From positions 98,000 through 161,999 of the forward strand of contig CAVPSB010000023.1 of assembly GCA_963708025.1 (NCBI GenBank): DNA of 64,000 bases, read 5' to 3'. Both the position numbers and the translations under genes were made by a program. Of the stretch, positions 39,959-49,936 are shown one piece after another. How positions within the stretch are numbered: position 1 is the stretch's first letter; every line of letters begins with the position of its first letter. This DNA is from an uncultured Candidatus Rokubacteria bacterium (lineage in GTDB: Bacteria; Methylomirabilota; Methylomirabilia; Rokubacteriales; DASRDR01). Below the pieces are notes generated by a model that did no database searches, was not told the DNA's origin, and worked only from the letters and a program-made list of their open reading frames with translations.

Positions 39959-41239
39959 TCAGACGACGGCCCGGCGGACCTCCTGCCGGTCCAGGCGCCA
40001 GCGGGCCACCTCGCCGGTGATGTACCGGAGCCCGTTCAGGAGGCCCGGGATCCGGTGGCGGGCGGGCAGGGGCTGGTCCGGGAGCTGCGTCAGGGCCTCC
40101 GCGAGTGTCTCGGGCGTAAGGCGCTCGGGGTGCAACACCTGGACCAGCCCCAGTGCGTGCGCCGCCTCGGCCCGGAGGAGCTGCTCCGCCCGGGGCGTGA
40201 CGCGAGGGACGATGAGGCTGCGCTTGTTCAGCGACAGCACCTCGCAGAACGTGTTGTAGCCCCCGAGGCACACGACGCCGGCGGCCTTCTCCATGAGGTC
40301 CTCGAGGTGCTCGTGGAAGGTGAGCGTCGTGACCCGCGGCAGGCGGGCCGCCCGGCGCTCGAACGCGGTCCGCTGGCGGGCCGGCAGGAAGGGCCCGTAG
40401 ACGATCAGGGCCGGCCACGGCAGCCGGCCGTTGAAGCGCTCGTAGGCCGAGAGCACGGCGTTGACCAGATCGGCGCCGTCGCCGCCGCCGCCCGGCGTGA
40501 CGAGCAGGAAGGGCCGCCGGTCCAGGGCCTCGCCGAGCGCCGCCGGGAGCTGGGGCTCGGGCTGCGGCTCGCGCCGGAGGTAGCCGGTGAAGACCGTCTT
40601 GGCCGCCACGGCCGGCGGGAACCGGTAGGCGCTGATCGGATCGTAGATCTGGGGCAATCCGTACACCCAGATGTGATCGTAGAATCGCTCGAGGGCGGGC
40701 AGGACCCGCTTGCGGCGCCACTCCTGCTCGAGCGAGCCGGGCTCGTCCATGATGTCCCGCAGCCCCAGCACCAGCCGGCAGCCGCCCCGGCGCTTCAGCA
40801 TCCGGAGCGTCTTCGCCACCTCGCCGAGCAGGCCCAGCGGCTCCTTGTCCACGAGGAACAGGTGCGGCTCGAAGACCTGGGCGGTGTGCTCGATGATGGA
40901 CGCCCGCAGGGCGAGCGTGTGCTCGACATTGACGTCGAGGCTCAGGCTGGTGTAATCCCCGTTCCGGAGCTTGATGATGCCGGGGACCCGGACGAAGTCC
41001 ACCCGTGCCCGGAAGCTGAAGCGCCCGATGATGGGCGAGCCGGACAGGATGAGGACGTTGAGCTTCTTGTGCTGCTCGACGAGGGCGTGCGCGATTGCCT
41101 GGCACCGGCGCAGGTGGCCGAGCCCGAAGGAGTCGTGGCTATAGATCAGCACCCGGTAGCTGGACGCGCCCGACACGGGCTCCGGGCGGCCCCCGGGGGC
41201 GGTGTCCTCCGGACCCATACTGTGTCGTGGTGTCGCCAT
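39959..41239 (-). CDS. Glycosyltransferase (GT28 C-terminal-like, COG4671 type)
   Basis: YSHDSFGLGHLRR, LVDKEPLG, GLRDIMD, TPGGGGDG, GGYNTFCE, VPR..PR.EQ..RA; SD GGAGG. Confidence 0.85.
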   Translation of the reverse strand: MATPRHSMGPEDTAPGGRPEPVSGASSYRVLIYSHDSFGLGHLRRCQAIAHALVEQHKKLNVLILSGSPIIGRFSFRARVDFVRVPGIIKLRNGDYTSLSLDVNVEHTLALRASIIEHTAQVFEPHLFLVDKEPLGLLGEVAKTLRMLKRRGGCRLVLGLRDIMDEPGSLEQEWRRKRVLPALERFYDHIWVYGLPQIYDPISAYRFPPAVAAKTVFTGYLRREPQPEPQLPAALGEALDRRPFLLVTPGGGGDGADLVNAVLSAYERFNGRLPWPALIVYGPFLPARQRTAFERRAARLPRVTTLTFHEHLEDLMEKAAGVVCLGGYNTFCEVLSLNKRSLIVPRVTPRAEQLLRAEAAHALGLVQVLHPERLTPETLAEALTQLPDQPLPARHRIPGLLNGLRYITGEVARWRLDRQEVRRAVV

Positions 41240-41528
41240 GTGTCCCGCCCTCCCTCTACCGCGGGCCCTCGAGATTCCGATGACGAGCCTGGCCACGGTC
41301 TCCACGCCCTCGCGCCGCGACACCAAGCGGCTGTATTGCCAGCGTTTGTGAGCCGTTCCGATGGTAGGATTCGTATGCCGATTGCCCGGGCGCCGCGAGA
41401 GGCGTGTCCCGCCGTCGGCGGGGCTCTTCGCGGGGCCGTGCGGCCGCCAAGTCCACGCATTATGTCACAATCTAGGGGGGAACAGAAGGCCTTGCTGAAG
41501 GCAGGTCACGTCGTCGGGCCAGTCCATC

Positions 41529-42542
41529 ATGGGTGAGCCCCTCCTCCGGGTCGAGGGGCTGCGGACGCACATCTACCTGGACGAGGGGATTGTCCGGGCC
41601 GTGGACGGGGTCTCCTTCTCGGTGGATCGGGGCCAGACCATGGCCCTGGTGGGCGAGTCGGGCTCGGGCAAGAGCGTCGTGGCCCAGTCCATTCTCCGCA
41701 TCCTGCCGGACCGGGCCCGCATCGTGGGCGGGCGCATTCTCCTCTCGCCGGACGGCGGGCCGACGCAGGACCTGGCCGCCCTGCCGGCCAACGGGAAGGC
41801 CATGCGGGCCATCCGGGGCGGTGCGATCAGCATGGTCTTCCAGGAGCCGATGACCTCATTCTCGCCGGTCCATACCATCGGCGACCAGATCGGGGAGACC
41901 GTCCGGCTCCACCGGAGCGCCGGCCGGGCGGAGGCCCGGGCCGTCGCGATCGACACCCTGCGGGCGGTCGGCTTCCCCGATCCCGAGCGCAAGGTGGACG
42001 CCTATCCGTTCGAGCTGTCCGGCGGCCTCCGGCAGCGGGCGATGATCGCGATGGCCATCGCCTGCCGGCCGGCCCTCCTGATCGCCGACGAGCCGACCTC
42101 CGCGCTCGACGTCACGATCCAGGCGCAGATCCTCGACCTCCTCTTGTTCCTGCAGAAGAACTACGGGATGGCGCTCCTGATCATCACCCACGACCCCGGC
42201 GTGGTCGCCTACGTCGCCGACCTGGTGACGGTGATGTACTGCGGCAAGGTCATGGAGACTGGCCCGGTGGCGAGCTTGTTCGAGGATCCCCGGCATCCCT
42301 ACCTCCAGGCGCTGCTCCGCAGCACGCCCCACTTCGGGCTTCCCGAGGGCGAGCGGCTCCAGGCGATCGCCGGCACCGTCCCCGATCCCCTGGCGCCCAT
42401 CAGAGGGTGCCCCTTTCTCTCGCGCTGCCCGGAAGGGGAGCCCGAGCTGTGTGGCCAGAGCATGCCATCCCTGAAGGAGCTGACGCCCGATCGCCTGGTG
42501 GCATGCTACAAGCGTGGCTCCGTACCCGAGGGCGAATCGTGA
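41529..42542 (+). CDS. Dipeptide/oligopeptide ABC ATP-binding protein (DppD-like)
   Basis: [36 protein letters not shown]-terminal Cys motif. Confidence 0.92.
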   Translation: MGEPLLRVEGLRTHIYLDEGIVRAVDGVSFSVDRGQTMALVGESGSGKSVVAQSILRILPDRARIVGGRILLSPDGGPTQDLAALPANGKAMRAIRGGAISMVFQEPMTSFSPVHTIGDQIGETVRLHRSAGRAEARAVAIDTLRAVGFPDPERKVDAYPFELSGGLRQRAMIAMAIACRPALLIADEPTSALDVTIQAQILDLLLFLQKNYGMALLIITHDPGVVAYVADLVTVMYCGKVMETGPVASLFEDPRHPYLQALLRSTPHFGLPEGERLQAIAGTVPDPLAPIRGCPFLSRCPEGEPELCGQSMPSLKELTPDRLVACYKRGSVPEGES

Positions 42543-43627
42543 CCCGGGACGGGACCGGGAGGCCGGCCGACGAGGGCCGTGACCCGGGCGCGCTCCTAAC
42601 GGTCCAGGGTCTCACTAAGCACTTTCCGCTCTACCAGCCCTGGCTGCTCGGCCTGGCCCGCCGGCAGGTGGGCGTGGTGCCGGCGGTCGAGGACGTGAGC
42701 TTCACCGTCTCCCGGGGGGAGACGCTCGGCCTGGTCGGGGAGAGCGGCTGCGGCAAGACGACGACCGCGCGGCTCATCCTGCGCGCGCTCCGACCGACCC
42801 GGGGCGAGATCGTATTCAATCTCGACGGCCGGCCGGTCCGCGTGGACCAGCTCGAGGGGAAGGCGCTGCGCGCCCTCCGCCGGCACATCCAGCTCATCTT
42901 CCAGGACCCGGTCTCTTCGCTGAACCCCCGCATGCCCGTTGGCGAGATTATCGGCGAGCCGCTCCGACTGAACCGAGCCGGCACCTCGAGCGAGATCACC
43001 GCGCGGGTCAAGGCTCTCATGACCATGGTCGGCCTCGACGTGCAGTACCTGCGTCGCTACCCGCACTCGTTTTCCGGCGGTCAGCGCCAGCGGATCGGCA
43101 TCGCCCGGGCCCTGGCGCTCAGCCCGGAGTTGGTCGTCTGTGACGAGCCGGTCTCGGCCCTGGACGTCTCGATCCAGGCTCAGGTGCTGAACCTGCTCAA
43201 GGACCTACAGGCGAGTCTGGGCCTGACCTATCTCTTCATCTCGCACAACCTGGCCGTGGTCGACTACGTCGCCGACCGGGTGGCGGTCATGTACGCCGGC
43301 CGGATCGTCGAGATGGCGCCCAAGCGGGAGCTGTTCGCCCACCCGAAGCACCCGTACACGGAGGCGTTGCTGGCCGCCGTGCTCCAGCCCGATCCCAAGG
43401 TCCGGCCCGACCATGAGGTCCTGTCCGGCAACGGGCAGGTCGAGACGCTGGCGGTCGGGTGCGCCTACGCGCCGCGCTGCCGCTACGCCATCGAGCGGTG
43501 CCGGGTGGAGCCGCCCCAGCTGGCCAGCGTCACGGCGGACCACCGCGCCCGCTGCCACCGGATGAACGAGATCCAGCTCACCCCGCTGTCGCGCCGGCCC
43601 CGGCGAATCGAAGGGAAGCCGGCGTGA
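42539..43627 (+). CDS. Dipeptide/oligopeptide ABC ATP-binding protein (DppF-like)
   Basis: GESGCGKT, FQDP.SSLNPR, FSGGQRQRIGIARAL, DEPVSALDVS; GTGA overlap with upstream gene. Confidence 0.92.
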   Translation: MTRDGTGRPADEGRDPGALLTVQGLTKHFPLYQPWLLGLARRQVGVVPAVEDVSFTVSRGETLGLVGESGCGKTTTARLILRALRPTRGEIVFNLDGRPVRVDQLEGKALRALRRHIQLIFQDPVSSLNPRMPVGEIIGEPLRLNRAGTSSEITARVKALMTMVGLDVQYLRRYPHSFSGGQRQRIGIARALALSPELVVCDEPVSALDVSIQAQVLNLLKDLQASLGLTYLFISHNLAVVDYVADRVAVMYAGRIVEMAPKRELFAHPKHPYTEALLAAVLQPDPKVRPDHEVLSGNGQVETLAVGCAYAPRCRYAIERCRVEPPQLASVTADHRARCHRMNEIQLTPLSRRPRRIEGKPA

Positions 43628-43683
43628 AGCCCGGCCGGCGGAGCCGCCCGGCGCCTGGCCGCGGTCGGCGCTAGGAGTCCAGC

Positions 43684-44682
43684 GTGTTCCGGTACATCGT
43701 CCACCGGCTCCTCCTGATGATCCCGACGCTGCTGGCGATCTCCATCATGACCTTCGTGATCATCCAGCTTCCGCCCGGGAACTACCTCGACACGCTGATC
43801 ACCGAGCTCCGGGCGGCGGGGGAGACGGCCGACCTCCAGAAGGTCGAATTTCTCCGAAAGCAGTACGGCCTGGATCAGTCGGTGTGGATGCAGTACGGGA
43901 TCTGGCTCGCCGGGCTGCTCCAGGGGGATCTCGGCTACTCCTTCGAGTACGACCGGCCGGTGACGGCGATCATCGGGGAGCGCCTCGCCCTCACGTTCGT
44001 CGTCTCGTTCGGGGCGATCCTCTTCACTTGGCTCGTCGCCTTCCCGATCGGGGTCTACTCGGCGACCCACCAGTACAGCTGGGGCGACCACGGGCTCACC
44101 TTCCTCGGGTTCCTGGGCCTGGCGACGCCGAACTTCCTGCTGGCGCTGGTGCTGATGTTCGTCTCCTTCTCCTACTTCGGAGTCAGCGTCGGCGGCCTTT
44201 TCTCTCCGGAGCTGCAGGAGGCGCCGTGGAGCTGGGCCAAGATCGTCGACCTGCTCGAGCACCTCTGGATCCCGGTCGTCGTCATCGGCACCGCCGGCAC
44301 CGCCGGCATGATCCGGAGGCTCCGGGCCAACCTGCTCGACGAGCTGAAGAAGCAGTACGTGGTGACGGCCCGCGCCAAGGGTGTCCCCCCGGGCCGGCTG
44401 CTCGTGAAGTACCCGCTTCGGATCGCCCTGAACCCGTTCATCAGCGACATCGGCAACCTCCTGCCGGAGGTGATCTCCGGCTCGGTGATCGTGTCGATCG
44501 TGCTGTCCCTCCCGACCACCGGCCCCATGCTGCTCCGCGCGCTCCGGACCCAGGACATGTACCTGGCCGGCTCCTTCTTGATGCTGCTGGCCGTGCTCAC
44601 GGTGATCGGCGTGTTCCTGTCCGACCTCGCGCTGGCGGTGCTGGATCCGCGGATCCGGCAGGGAGCGGAGCGCAGCCGGTGA
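43684..44682 (+). CDS. ABC permease (DppB-like)
   Basis: IQLPPG, GDLGYSF, YVVTARAKG, QDMYLAG, LDPRIR. Confidence 0.92.
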   Translation: MFRYIVHRLLLMIPTLLAISIMTFVIIQLPPGNYLDTLITELRAAGETADLQKVEFLRKQYGLDQSVWMQYGIWLAGLLQGDLGYSFEYDRPVTAIIGERLALTFVVSFGAILFTWLVAFPIGVYSATHQYSWGDHGLTFLGFLGLATPNFLLALVLMFVSFSYFGVSVGGLFSPELQEAPWSWAKIVDLLEHLWIPVVVIGTAGTAGMIRRLRANLLDELKKQYVVTARAKGVPPGRLLVKYPLRIALNPFISDIGNLLPEVISGSVIVSIVLSLPTTGPMLLRALRTQDMYLAGSFLMLLAVLTVIGVFLSDLALAVLDPRIRQGAERSR

Positions 44683-44693
44683 GCTCGGCCGAT

Positions 44694-44985
44694 ACCCGCT
44701 CGTTCCGCCGACCTCGTACTGCGTCGGGACTGCGGGGCGCCACCCGGCCTCGGGCCCGACGGCCCGCGGGCCGCAGGCCCGAGGCGTCGGGGCGGGTCCG
44801 GGGGTCGGGACCGCCCACCGGAAGGGCCCGACGGCCCGCGGGCCGCAGGCCCGAGGCGTCGGGGCGAGACGAATGAGACACCCTGGGTCAACCCGCTCGT
44901 TCCGCCGACCTCGTACTGCGTCGGGACTGCGGGGCGCCCCCCCTCCCCCCGGCGGGTGGGGAGGGGTCGGGGGTGGGGGTGGACC
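44694..44985. repeat. Composite repeat X-Y-Y-X plus family-B-like stem
   Basis: 48-bp unit exact at 44694-44741 and 44891-44938; 43-bp unit exact at 44752-44794 and 44824-44866. Confidence 0.9.
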
Positions 44986-44988
44986 CAA

Positions 44989-46128
44989 ATGAGTGTGCCG
45001 GCGGTCCTCCCGGCGCCCGCCGTTCCCGAGCGGGCGCTGACCCCCGAGCAGGAGCGGTATTTCTTCGCCTCCCAGTGGCGGCTCATCTGGCTGCGGCTCC
45101 GGAAGCACCGCCTGGCGATGATCTCCCTCTGGTTCCTGGTCGGTCTCTACGGGATCATCCCGTTCGTCGAAGTGCTGGCGCCGTACGCGCTTCGCACGCG
45201 GCACCCGGACTACGTCTTCTCGCCGCCCCAGCGCGTCCACCTCTTCCACGAGGGACGGCTGGTGGGACCCTTCGTGTTCGGGCACACGATGACGCTCGAC
45301 ATGCAGACCCTCAAGCGCCAGTATCGGGAGGATCGCTCCCGCCTCTACCGGGTGCGGTTCCTGACCCGGGGCGAGGACTACCAGTTCTGGGGCCTGTGGT
45401 CGGCGAACTGGCACCTGGTGGGCGTCGAGGAGGGCGGGACCCTGTTCCTCCTGGGGACCGACCGGCTCGGCCGGGACATGCTCTCGCGGATCATCTACGG
45501 GGCCCGGATCTCCCTGACGGTCGGGCTGATCGGCATCTCGGTGAGCTTCGTCCTGGCCCTGATCCTCGGCGGGCTGTCGGGCTACTACGGCGGCAAGCTC
45601 GACATGGTGATCCAGCGACTGATCGAGGTGATCCGGTCCTTCCCGGAGCTGCCCTTGTGGATGGCCCTGTCCGCCGCGCTGCCCGCCCGGCTGGACCCGA
45701 TTCTGGTGTACGTCGGCATCACGATCATTCTCGGCGTGATCGACTGGACCGGGCTGGCCCGCAGCGTTCGTGGCAAGCTCTTGTCGCTGCGGGAGGAGGA
45801 CTTCGCCACCGCGGCGCTCCTGATGGGCGGCTCGCCGGCCTACGTCATCCGGAAGCACCTCCTGCCCGCCTTCACCAGCCACCTCATCGTCTCGGCGACG
45901 CTCAGCATTCCGAAGATGATCCTTGGCGAGACCGCGCTTTCTTTCCTCGGGCTCGGCCTCCGCCCGCCGATCACCAGCTGGGGGGTTCTGCTCACGGAGG
46001 CCCAGAACATGAACGCGGTCGCCCTCTACCCCTGGCTGATGGCCCCCGTGCTGGCGGTCGTGCTGACCGTCCTCGCCTTCAACTTCCTGGGCGACGGGAT
46101 GCGCGACGCGGCCGATCCCTATGCCTGA
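44989..46128 (+). CDS. ABC permease (DppC-like, with large periplasmic loop)
   Basis: ASQWRLIWLR, LLGTDRLGRD, ETALSFLGLGLRPP..SWG, GDGMRDAADPY. Confidence 0.92.
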   Translation: MSVPAVLPAPAVPERALTPEQERYFFASQWRLIWLRLRKHRLAMISLWFLVGLYGIIPFVEVLAPYALRTRHPDYVFSPPQRVHLFHEGRLVGPFVFGHTMTLDMQTLKRQYREDRSRLYRVRFLTRGEDYQFWGLWSANWHLVGVEEGGTLFLLGTDRLGRDMLSRIIYGARISLTVGLIGISVSFVLALILGGLSGYYGGKLDMVIQRLIEVIRSFPELPLWMALSAALPARLDPILVYVGITIILGVIDWTGLARSVRGKLLSLREEDFATAALLMGGSPAYVIRKHLLPAFTSHLIVSATLSIPKMILGETALSFLGLGLRPPITSWGVLLTEAQNMNAVALYPWLMAPVLAVVLTVLAFNFLGDGMRDAADPYA

Positions 46129-46147
46129 CGGGCGGGAGGCGAGCGGC

Positions 46148-48718
46148 ATGGAGACCAACCTCTATCGCTACATCATCCGGCGCAGCCTGAAGCAGCAGCT
46201 CGTCCTGGTCGCCATCATCTTCGTGCTGGCGCTCCTGAACCCCTGGATGCTGAGCCTGACCAAGCAGATCATCAACAAGGCGATCGGCAAGGGCGACCTC
46301 AACCTGCTGGTCTGGCTCTGCTCACTGTACCTGGGGGCGGTGCTGGCGTCGGGAGCGCTCAAGTACATCCGCCAGAACCTCGAAGGGCTCATCTCGGAGC
46401 GGATGCTGCGGAATCTTCGGAGCGAGCTGTACGAGCGGATCCTGCGCTTCCCGCTGCCCCACTTCCGCAACACCTCCACCGGCCAACTGGTGGCGATGAT
46501 CCTCGGGGAGGTGGAGGACCTCGGCAACTTCTTCGGGGAGGCGCTCTCGGTCCCGGCGTTCCAGGGCTCGATGCTGCTCGGCACGCTGGGGTTCATGGTG
46601 TACCAGAATCCAGTGATGGCCGTAGCGGCGCTGGTGCTCTTCCCCGTCCAGGTCTACTTCGTGCGGAAGCTCCAGCGGCGCGTCACCCAGCTCTCCCGGG
46701 AGCGCGTCCGCCTGGTCCGTCGGCTGTCGGACAAGATCCAGGAGTCGGTCGGCGGCATCCAGGAGATCTACGCGAACGACACCGTGGCGTACGAGACGAC
46801 GGGCTTCCGGGATCAGCTCCAGAACATCTTCGTGGTCCGCCTGCGGATCTACAACCTCAAGTACCTCGTGAAGTGGATCAACAACTTCCTGGAGAAGTTC
46901 GGCGTGTTCGTGCTCCTCCTGATCGGCGGCTGGCTGATCGTCGCGCGGCCGGGCTCGTTCGACGTCGGCGGCCTCGTCGCCTTCCTCCAGGCCTACAACC
47001 AGCTCAACGAGCCCTGGCGGGAGCTGATCAACTACTTCCAGCAGAAGGAGAACGCCCGGGTCAAGTACGAGCAGGTCATCGCCAACTTCGACCCCCCCGG
47101 CCTCCGACCGGAGTTCGCGGTGGAGGAGCGGCTGCCGGAGCCGACCCCGGAGCTGGCCGGCGCCTACGACCTGCGGGGCGCCACCGTCGTCCTCGACGGC
47201 TCCTCCCGGGCCCTGGACCAGCTCCAGCTCTCGCTCCAGGCCCACCAGCACGTCGCGGTCATCGGCACCGCCGGCAGCGGGAAGACGACGCTGGCCATGC
47301 TGCTGGCCCGGCTGTATGCCTACAACGGAACGGTGCTGCTCGACAGCATCGAGCTGGCCCAGCTCCCATCCCTGGTCGCCGGGCGCCAGATCGCCTACGT
47401 GGGCAGTGAGCCCCGCCTGTTCACGGGCACGGTTCTCGAGAACCTGGTCTACGGGCTCCGCCATCGCCCGGCCGGCGGGAACGGCGCCAGCCCGGTCCCG
47501 GCCGCCGCCGACGAGTGGCTGGACCTCTTGCCAGTGGGCGCCGCCGATCGGGCGGGCCTGGTGGCGTCGGTGCTGGAGGGGACCCGACTGGTGGGGCTGG
47601 AGGACGACCTCTTCGCGTTCGGCCTGCGGACGACGATCGATCCCACCCAGCGGCCCGAGATCGCCAGCCGCCTGCTCACCGCGCGGCGCCTGGTGGCCGA
47701 GCGGTTCGAGCGGGCCGGCGGCGAGCCGGTGGTCGAGTTCTTCGACCGCGATCGCTTCGCCGCCTACGCGTCGATCGGCGAGAACATCCTCTTCGGCCAG
47801 AGCTCGCTCCCCGCCCTGGCCCTGGACCGGCTCGTCGAGAACACCCACTTCCGGCGGGTCATCGCCGAGGTCGGGCTCCGGGAAGACCTGCTGCGGCTCG
47901 GCGCCGAGATCGCCCGCGAGATGGTGGAGATCTTCCGCGACATCGCCCCCGACAACGAGCTGTTCGCCAACTTCAGCCTCATCTCTGCCAGCGAGCTGCC
48001 CGAGTACACGCGGCTCGTCTCGCGGCTGGAGCGCGCCGGTCCCGAGACCCTGCCGCCCGCGGACCAGGAGCGGCTGATCACGCTGTCCTTGCGGCTGATC
48101 CCGGCCCGACACCGCCTGGGCCGGATCGACGACGCCTTCCGGGAGAAGGTCGTCGCCGCCCGCCGCCGCTTCGCCGAGACGCTGCCGCCGGCCATCGCCG
48201 AGGGATTCGCCCCTTACGACCGCGAGCGCTACTTCGCGGGTGGCACCCTCCTCGAGAACATGCTGTTCGGCAAGGTCCTGGCGACGAGCAGCCTGGCGGT
48301 GAAGAAGGTCAACGCCGTCGTGGAGCAGGTGATCGTCGAGCACGGGCTCCGGGAGGTCGTGCTGGAGGCGGGCCTCGAGTTCCCGGTCGGCCTGGCCGGA
48401 AGCCGGCTCTCCTCCGTGCAGCGACAGCGGGTGGCCCTGGCCCGCGCCCTGCTGAAGCGCCCGCACATCCTGATCCTGGACCAGGCGGTCAGCGCCCTGG
48501 AGCCGGACCGGCGCGCCGAGATCCACCAGCGCATCGCCGTCGTCATGAAGGGCCGCACGACCATCGCGGTGGTCGAACGGCTGGACCTCGCCCGCCACTA
48601 CGACCGGGTGGTGGTCCTCGATGCCGGCAAGGTCGCCGAGCTCGGCACGTACCAGGAGCTGGCCGCCCGGCCGGGCCTGTTCCGCCAGCTGGCCACCCAG
48701 GCCGGCATCACCACCTGA
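46148..48718 (+). CDS. ABC exporter (TMD + NBD) with large NBD insertion and degenerate catalytic motifs
   Basis: 6-TM exporter domain; Walker A GTAGSGKT; roughly 300-aa insert; LSSVQRQR signature; Walker B ILILDQA. Confidence 0.85.
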   Translation: METNLYRYIIRRSLKQQLVLVAIIFVLALLNPWMLSLTKQIINKAIGKGDLNLLVWLCSLYLGAVLASGALKYIRQNLEGLISERMLRNLRSELYERILRFPLPHFRNTSTGQLVAMILGEVEDLGNFFGEALSVPAFQGSMLLGTLGFMVYQNPVMAVAALVLFPVQVYFVRKLQRRVTQLSRERVRLVRRLSDKIQESVGGIQEIYANDTVAYETTGFRDQLQNIFVVRLRIYNLKYLVKWINNFLEKFGVFVLLLIGGWLIVARPGSFDVGGLVAFLQAYNQLNEPWRELINYFQQKENARVKYEQVIANFDPPGLRPEFAVEERLPEPTPELAGAYDLRGATVVLDGSSRALDQLQLSLQAHQHVAVIGTAGSGKTTLAMLLARLYAYNGTVLLDSIELAQLPSLVAGRQIAYVGSEPRLFTGTVLENLVYGLRHRPAGGNGASPVPAAADEWLDLLPVGAADRAGLVASVLEGTRLVGLEDDLFAFGLRTTIDPTQRPEIASRLLTARRLVAERFERAGGEPVVEFFDRDRFAAYASIGENILFGQSSLPALALDRLVENTHFRRVIAEVGLREDLLRLGAEIAREMVEIFRDIAPDNELFANFSLISASELPEYTRLVSRLERAGPETLPPADQERLITLSLRLIPARHRLGRIDDAFREKVVAARRRFAETLPPAIAEGFAPYDRERYFAGGTLLENMLFGKVLATSSLAVKKVNAVVEQVIVEHGLREVVLEAGLEFPVGLAGSRLSSVQRQRVALARALLKRPHILILDQAVSALEPDRRAEIHQRIAVVMKGRTTIAVVERLDLARHYDRVVVLDAGKVAELGTYQELAARPGLFRQLATQAGITT

Positions 48719-48731
48719 GGGGGCGCACGCC

Positions 48732-49184
48732 ATGCAGCCGCTGGAGAAGGACGTCGAGACGCTCCGGAACATCCCGCTGTTCGCCGGGCTGCCGACCGCC
48801 CGGCTCAAGCTCATCGCGTACACCGCCGAGATCGTGAGCTTCGAGCCGGGGGAGGTCATCGTCCGGCAGGGCGACCCGGCGGACGCCGTCTACATCATCA
48901 CGGAGGGGGAGGCCGAGGTGCTCCTCACCAACGACGAGGGTCGCGAGATATCCCTCAATCCCATGGGCCGGAACACGCTGTTCGGCGAGATCGCCGTCCT
49001 CTGCCAGGGGCGGCGCACGACCACGGTCAAGGCGAAGGAGCGGGTGGTGACCTTCAAGATCTCGGCCCGGCTCTTCCTCGACCTGGTCCGGACCAGCCCC
49101 GAGATCGGGTTGCAGGTGATGACGGTCCTCGCCCAGCGACTCGAGCGGAGCACCCACATGCTCACGCAGCACGAGCGCCGCTGA
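48732..49184 (+). CDS. Stand-alone cyclic nucleotide-binding domain protein
   Basis: LRNIPLF, IVRQGD.AD..YII..G, FGEIAVL...RTTTV. Confidence 0.9.
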   Translation: MQPLEKDVETLRNIPLFAGLPTARLKLIAYTAEIVSFEPGEVIVRQGDPADAVYIITEGEAEVLLTNDEGREISLNPMGRNTLFGEIAVLCQGRRTTTVKAKERVVTFKISARLFLDLVRTSPEIGLQVMTVLAQRLERSTHMLTQHERR

Positions 49185-49188
49185 GCTC

Positions 49189-49262
49189 TTCGGGGGGTCT
49201 CGGAAGGCCCCCCGAGGCCCCCCCGGTGGAGGCCGCGACTGTTGGACGGCCTTCGGCCTCTG
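49189..49262. repeat. Family D hairpin plus GACGGCCTTCGGCCT module
   Basis: CGGGGGGTCTCGGAAGGCCCCCCG followed by GTTGGACGGCCTTCGGCCT. Confidence 0.75.
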
Positions 49263-49348
49263 GGCCGCGGCTCGGAGCGGAACGCCCCGGCCGTGTGGCC
49301 CGTGCGGGAGGGTTGCGAGAATCTTGCGGCCGGACGCGCCGGCTGCGC

Positions 49349-49802
49349 CTACGGCTTCTCGACGATGTCGGCCTTGAGGGTGGCCAGGAGGGCCACGACC
49401 TCGCCCTTCTCCTTGGCCGGAACCTTGAACTTGTCGAGCGTGGCGCCCGCGTGGTTCACGAAGCTCGTCCAGTTCGCCTCGGTGATCCCGCTGCCCGCGT
49501 GCGAGGCCTTCATCGTCCGCCCCGTGTACACGCACGACCCGCCGGTCGCCATGCAGAGCTGCTCGACCAGCCGCTGGCGGATCCGGGCGCGGGAGTCGGT
49601 GCTGAAGGGGTCGAAGAAGCGCTTGAGCTCCGGATCGGCGATCAGCCGGCCGATCAGGTCATCCGACGGCGGCGATCGCGTCGTAGCCGCCGAGGCGCTT
49701 GTACAGGCTGTCGGCCGACTGTTCCGAGGCCGGCGCGGGGCCGAGGCCGACCACCAGCACGATCAGGGCGAGAGTGCACCAGAAGACCGGGGATCGCCGC
49801 AT
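49349..49802 (-). CDS. Group I truncated hemoglobin with signal peptide; frameshift at about 49664
   Basis: SD AGGAG; signal peptide; SLYKRLGGYDAIAAV | DDLIGRL..DP.L.RFF...LCMATGG.C.YTGR.MK.SH...LDKF.V. Confidence 0.8.
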
Positions 49803-49936
49803 GAGACTCTCCTTTCCGTGAGGGGGCTGGAGTGCCACGCCGGATGGGGGCCGTCATCCCGAAGCTACGGGCTACGGTCCCGGCCCGGATTGCCTGACGA
49901 GCCGGCCAACCCGGCCCGGGTGCCCGCCGCGAGGCC

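Noticed and set aside
41455-41472. CRP-like site in the divergent promoter region
   Set aside because: Only a TCACA half-site; the other half does not match TGTGA
44694-44938. Possible CRISPR array
   Set aside because: Two different units, each present only twice, no regular unique spacers and no cas genes
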